The position numbers and the translations under genes were made by a program. This document shows, one piece after another, positions 60,607 through 64,000 of a stretch of 64,000 nucleotides of DNA (the first letter of the stretch is position 1; each line of letters begins with the position of its first letter). The notes under the pieces were generated by a model, which had not been told where the DNA came from, ran no database searches, and saw only the letters and a program-made list of their open reading frames with translations. The DNA comes from Neodothiora populina (Eukaryota), in NCBI RefSeq assembly GCF_041146345.1, contig NW_027191404.1:620001-684000 (forward strand), read 5' to 3'.

Positions 60607-62453
60607 ATGGCTATTCGATCTCGGAATACGTCTGACGACGTAGAGGGGGCACACGAGAAGGATGCCAAATACGATTACTCCATCAACAGAGAACCTTCTC
60701 CATTGACGGAGGAGGGCCATCTGACCACGGCCGAGAATGGAGAACACCAATCTCTCCACCGTGGCCTTCAGAGCCGTCAAGTGTCTATGATTGCTATCGG
60801 CGGTGCTATTGGTACCGGATTGATTATCGGTACAGGAGCCGCGCTTGCGAGAGCAGGGTAAGCACCATAAAACGATGTAGCTTGATGAATGACACTAACG
60901 AGTTTTGTGTGAACAGCCCGGCCTCGATTCTGATTGCTTACACCTTCGTTGGCATGCTCGTCTTCCTCGTTATGGCTGCTCTCGGTGAGATGGCCGCCTG
61001 GCTTCCTGCTGCTGGTGGCTTCAGCATCTATGCTACTCGCTATGTCGATCCTGCTCTTGGATTTGCTCTGGGTTATGTATGTCGAAGTCTTCACTCCAGT
61101 TTAAGCCGTGAATGACAGCTGACAGGATCATTCTAGACTTATTGGTTCAAATACATCATTACGACGCCTAATCAACTCACCGCAGCTGCCTTGGTCATTC
61201 AGTATTGGCTTCCAGCAGAACGCGTGAACCCTGGCGTCTGGATTGCAGTCTTCATGGTAGTAATCATCGCCATCAACTATCTCGGCATTCGATTCTTTGG
61301 TGAATTCGAGTTCTGGCTTTCGAGTATCAAGGTTCTGGTCATCATCGGCTTGATCATCTTGTCTCTTGTCCTTGCACTCGGTGGCGGTCCCGACCACGAC
61401 AGGAAGGGCTTCAGGTACTGGAGCGACCCTGGTGCGTTCGCCAACTACATTGACACTGGTTCCCTCGGAAAGTTCCTAGGTTTCTGGTCCTCCATGGTGA
61501 CAGCCGTTTTTGCCTATCTGGGTACTGAGCTCGTCGGTGTCACGGTTGGTGAGGCCGAGAACCCTCGCAAGACGATCCCCAAGGCCATCAAGTTGACCTT
61601 CTACCGAATCCTCGTCTTCTACATCCTGTCCATTTTCTTGCTGGGCATGATCGTCCCTTACAACAGCACTGATCTGGTGTTCGCTACCAAGCAGTCCAAC
61701 TCGGCGGCCGCCTCTCCCTTTGTTGTGGCAATCAAGCTTGCTGGCATCAAGGGCCTTCCCGGATTCCTCAACGCTTGTATTCTTCTCTTCGTCTTCAGCG
61801 CCAGTAACTCGGATCTTTACATTGCCTCCCGCACTCTGCACGGTCTCGCACTCAAGGGACATGCCCCCAAATTTCTCGCGCGCACCGACAAGCGTGGCGT
61901 ACCATATGTTGCTCTTTTCCTCAGCGCTGCATTTTGTTGTTTGGCCTTTATGAACGTCTCCTCGTCGTCCAAGGTTGTGTTCGGCTACTTTGTCAACCTG
62001 GTCACAATCTTCGGTCTATTGACCTGGATCTCGATCCTCGTTTCGCACATCTACTTTGTCCGCGCTCGCCATGCCCAGAACGTGCCCGACTCGGAACTCG
62101 CGTACAAGGCGCCCTTCGGCATCTGGGGTTCCTACTTCGCTCTGTTCTTCTGCATCCTCATCTCGTTGACCAAGAACTTCAACGTCTTCACCCACAGCAA
62201 GACATACGGCGACTTTGACTACAAGAACTTCATCACCGGCTACCTGGGCATTCCCCTGTACCTGATCTTGATCTTTGGCTACAAGTTTTCTCAAAAGTCT
62301 CACGGCGTAAGGCCCGAGACGGCGGATATCTGGACCGGCAAGGACGTCATTGATCGCGACGAGGAGATGTGGAAGAGGAGAGATGCTGAGGCCGACGCTA
62401 AGGGTGGAAAGGCCCATTGGTTCTACCGCAAGTTCCTCTCTTGGTTGTTCTAG
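60607..62453 (+). CDS. DIP5: Amino acid permease (YAT family), dicarboxylic amino acid permease-like
   Basis: LQSRQVSMIAIGGAIGTGL, FGEFEFW, GFRYW, YLGTELVGVTVGEAENPRK, AIKLTFYRI; introns 60858-60916 and 61077-61136. The DIP5 subfamily call is less certain than the family. Confidence 0.85.
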
Positions 62454-63237
62454 ATGTTTTTTTTCTTCTCTCTCTTTTACCTGCCTCTTGCTCTTCTTCT
62501 GTAAGGCGCTGCCAAGCGAAGAAGAAAAGGCGGAGAGGACGCTGTATGTATATATCACACTATGAACGAGATTAGATGAGATGATACAACACGAACATGA
62601 ATTTCTACACTACTACATGAACGTCCTTTTCTTGCTTCTGACTGAGAGGCTGCTGCAACGTCTGTTACCCTTCCATAGAAGCGTTAATTGAAGCTGGTTG
62701 TGTCTGCGTATCTTAGGACGAAAGAAGAAGAAGAAAACACGAAACAAGAAGACGACCGTAAACCCTCAATCTCACCAACAAACCAGCAACACCCCTGGCC
62801 CAACAGATCAGTAACAGCTTGTACAGCGAACCGAACCCCGCATCCTAGACCCGAGTCTAGTCTTGGGGTCCCCATCCTGCAGCCCAGAAAGTACTTACCT
62901 ATCAAGCATAAACGATGATTCCTTCAACGATAGGCACAGCAATGGCATGGCATGGCACGGCATGGCTGATCTTACGTAATGTATCCAAGGCGCTGCACAA
63001 CACCATTTCCCCCCTGAGGGGAGAAGCGAGGCATATGACTCTTCGTATAGTTACCTGAAGCGGAGATTGAGGAGAAGGAGGAGAAGAGTACTTCTTGTGG
63101 ATCTCAGGTGATGTTGTGTTCTGTAAGAGGGGGAGGGCATCAGCTTTTTAAAGGCGTCGCAGCACGAACCGTCATCACTTAATTGCTCACTTAGTTGGTG
63201 TGGTGTGGGATTCACAGTCTTGGTGGGGAGCGTTATT

Positions 63238-63480
63238 TAGTAGAGGGGAGTGTACTACTCGTAGAGGCGAGCATCACTCTTCGTAGAGAGGAGTATACGA
63301 CTTGTGAACATTCACATCAGTCTTCGTAAAGCGGAGTGTACTATTCGTGGAGAGCCGCATCAGTTTCCGTGTAGAGTCGCATCAGTCTTCCTAGAGCGGC
63401 ATACTGTTCGTTGAGGATTGCGTCGATCTTCGCAGAGGAGGATATACTATTCATCGAATGTAGCATGGATATTCGTGAGG
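63238..63480. repeat. Degenerate tandem repeat of alternating ~21- and ~22-bp units
   Basis: About 11 units starting TCGT(A/G): type A like tcgtagagnggagtrtactat, type B like tcgtngagngncgcatcagtct. Confidence 0.7.
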
Positions 63481-63700
63481 GCAAACACGATCGCCCCAGG
63501 AGCGGAGCATGATTATCCCTTAAGAGTAGCATAATGAAGATGATGTGAACAGGGACTATTCGTAGAGGTGAGGATCACTCACCTTAATCAAAGGAGGTGT
63601 CGACTTGGCAATTAGTGAAAGAGAGAGTAGGGGGACCCTGTCCAATACTCGCAGCCTCGCCTGATCATCCGTCCAACCAGACCTGCGCGGGATATATATG

Positions 63701-63920
63701 AACTTGCTGCCAATCAATGCCAGCGCAATTGGCTATGGCCAAATTCTACCATTAGATAGATATCAATGCCAGCATTCAAATGGCACCACTTTGGACAAGC
63801 TTATCACACAGCAGAGAAGATAACTTGATGCCAATCAACACCAACACCATTGGCAATGGCCAATCTCAGTTGCCAGATAGATATGAATGTCAGCATTTGA
63901 TTGGCACCAATTTCGAAGAG
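63701..63920. repeat. Diverged ~100-bp direct repeat, period 121 bp
   Basis: Copies start at 63701 and 63822 and align without gaps (aacttg.tgccaatcaa...attggc.atggccaa...agatagatat.aatg.cagcatt...tggcacca). Confidence 0.8.
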
Positions 63921-64000
63921 ATTGGCCAAGTAGAAATTGAGCCACATACATCCCCGAGCAGATCCGCGCGCACACCTACAAAGCACCTCCTAGTAATAGT

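Noticed and set aside
63238..63580. CRISPR-like array
   Set aside because: Units are degenerate and contiguous with no unique spacers, there are no cas genes, and the host is a fungus.
1..64000. Transposon, Starship, tRNA/rRNA or secondary-metabolite backbone gene
   Set aside because: No transposase, reverse transcriptase, tyrosine recombinase, terminal repeats, cloverleaf or PKS/NRPS/terpene synthase motifs recognised; small ncRNAs could be missed without covariance searches.

Overview
Eukaryotic DNA from a filamentous ascomycete (Pezizomycotina; a Dothideomycete is a guess from protein style), with short spliceosomal introns throughout. I can support about 25 protein-coding genes and one pseudogene. 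Housekeeping genes include mitochondrial release factor MRF1, SOM1, an XRCC2-like Rad51 paralog, TAF8, OPY2, an INP54-like phosphatase, a Tus1/Rgf3-like RhoGEF and a DIP5-like permease. Metabolic or detox genes include a GGT, a serine racemase-like lyase, a P450, an epoxide hydrolase, a 2OG-Fe(II) dioxygenase, an MFS transporter, a BVMO/FMO and two Zn2Cys6 factors. I found no CRISPR array, RNA gene or transposon, and no clearly new biological system. The most unusual signals are: a dynamin-like (NUGGC/SLIP-GC-type) GTPase gene broken by four separate lesions; two predicted GC-AG introns in one monooxygenase gene; an MFS intron that seems to end in TG; two apparent single-base homopolymer frameshifts (probably assembly errors); and, at the right end, a degenerate alternating 21/22-bp repeat next to a CCAAT-rich ~100-bp duplication. 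Exon boundaries were read by eye and family names come from motif recognition, not database searches.
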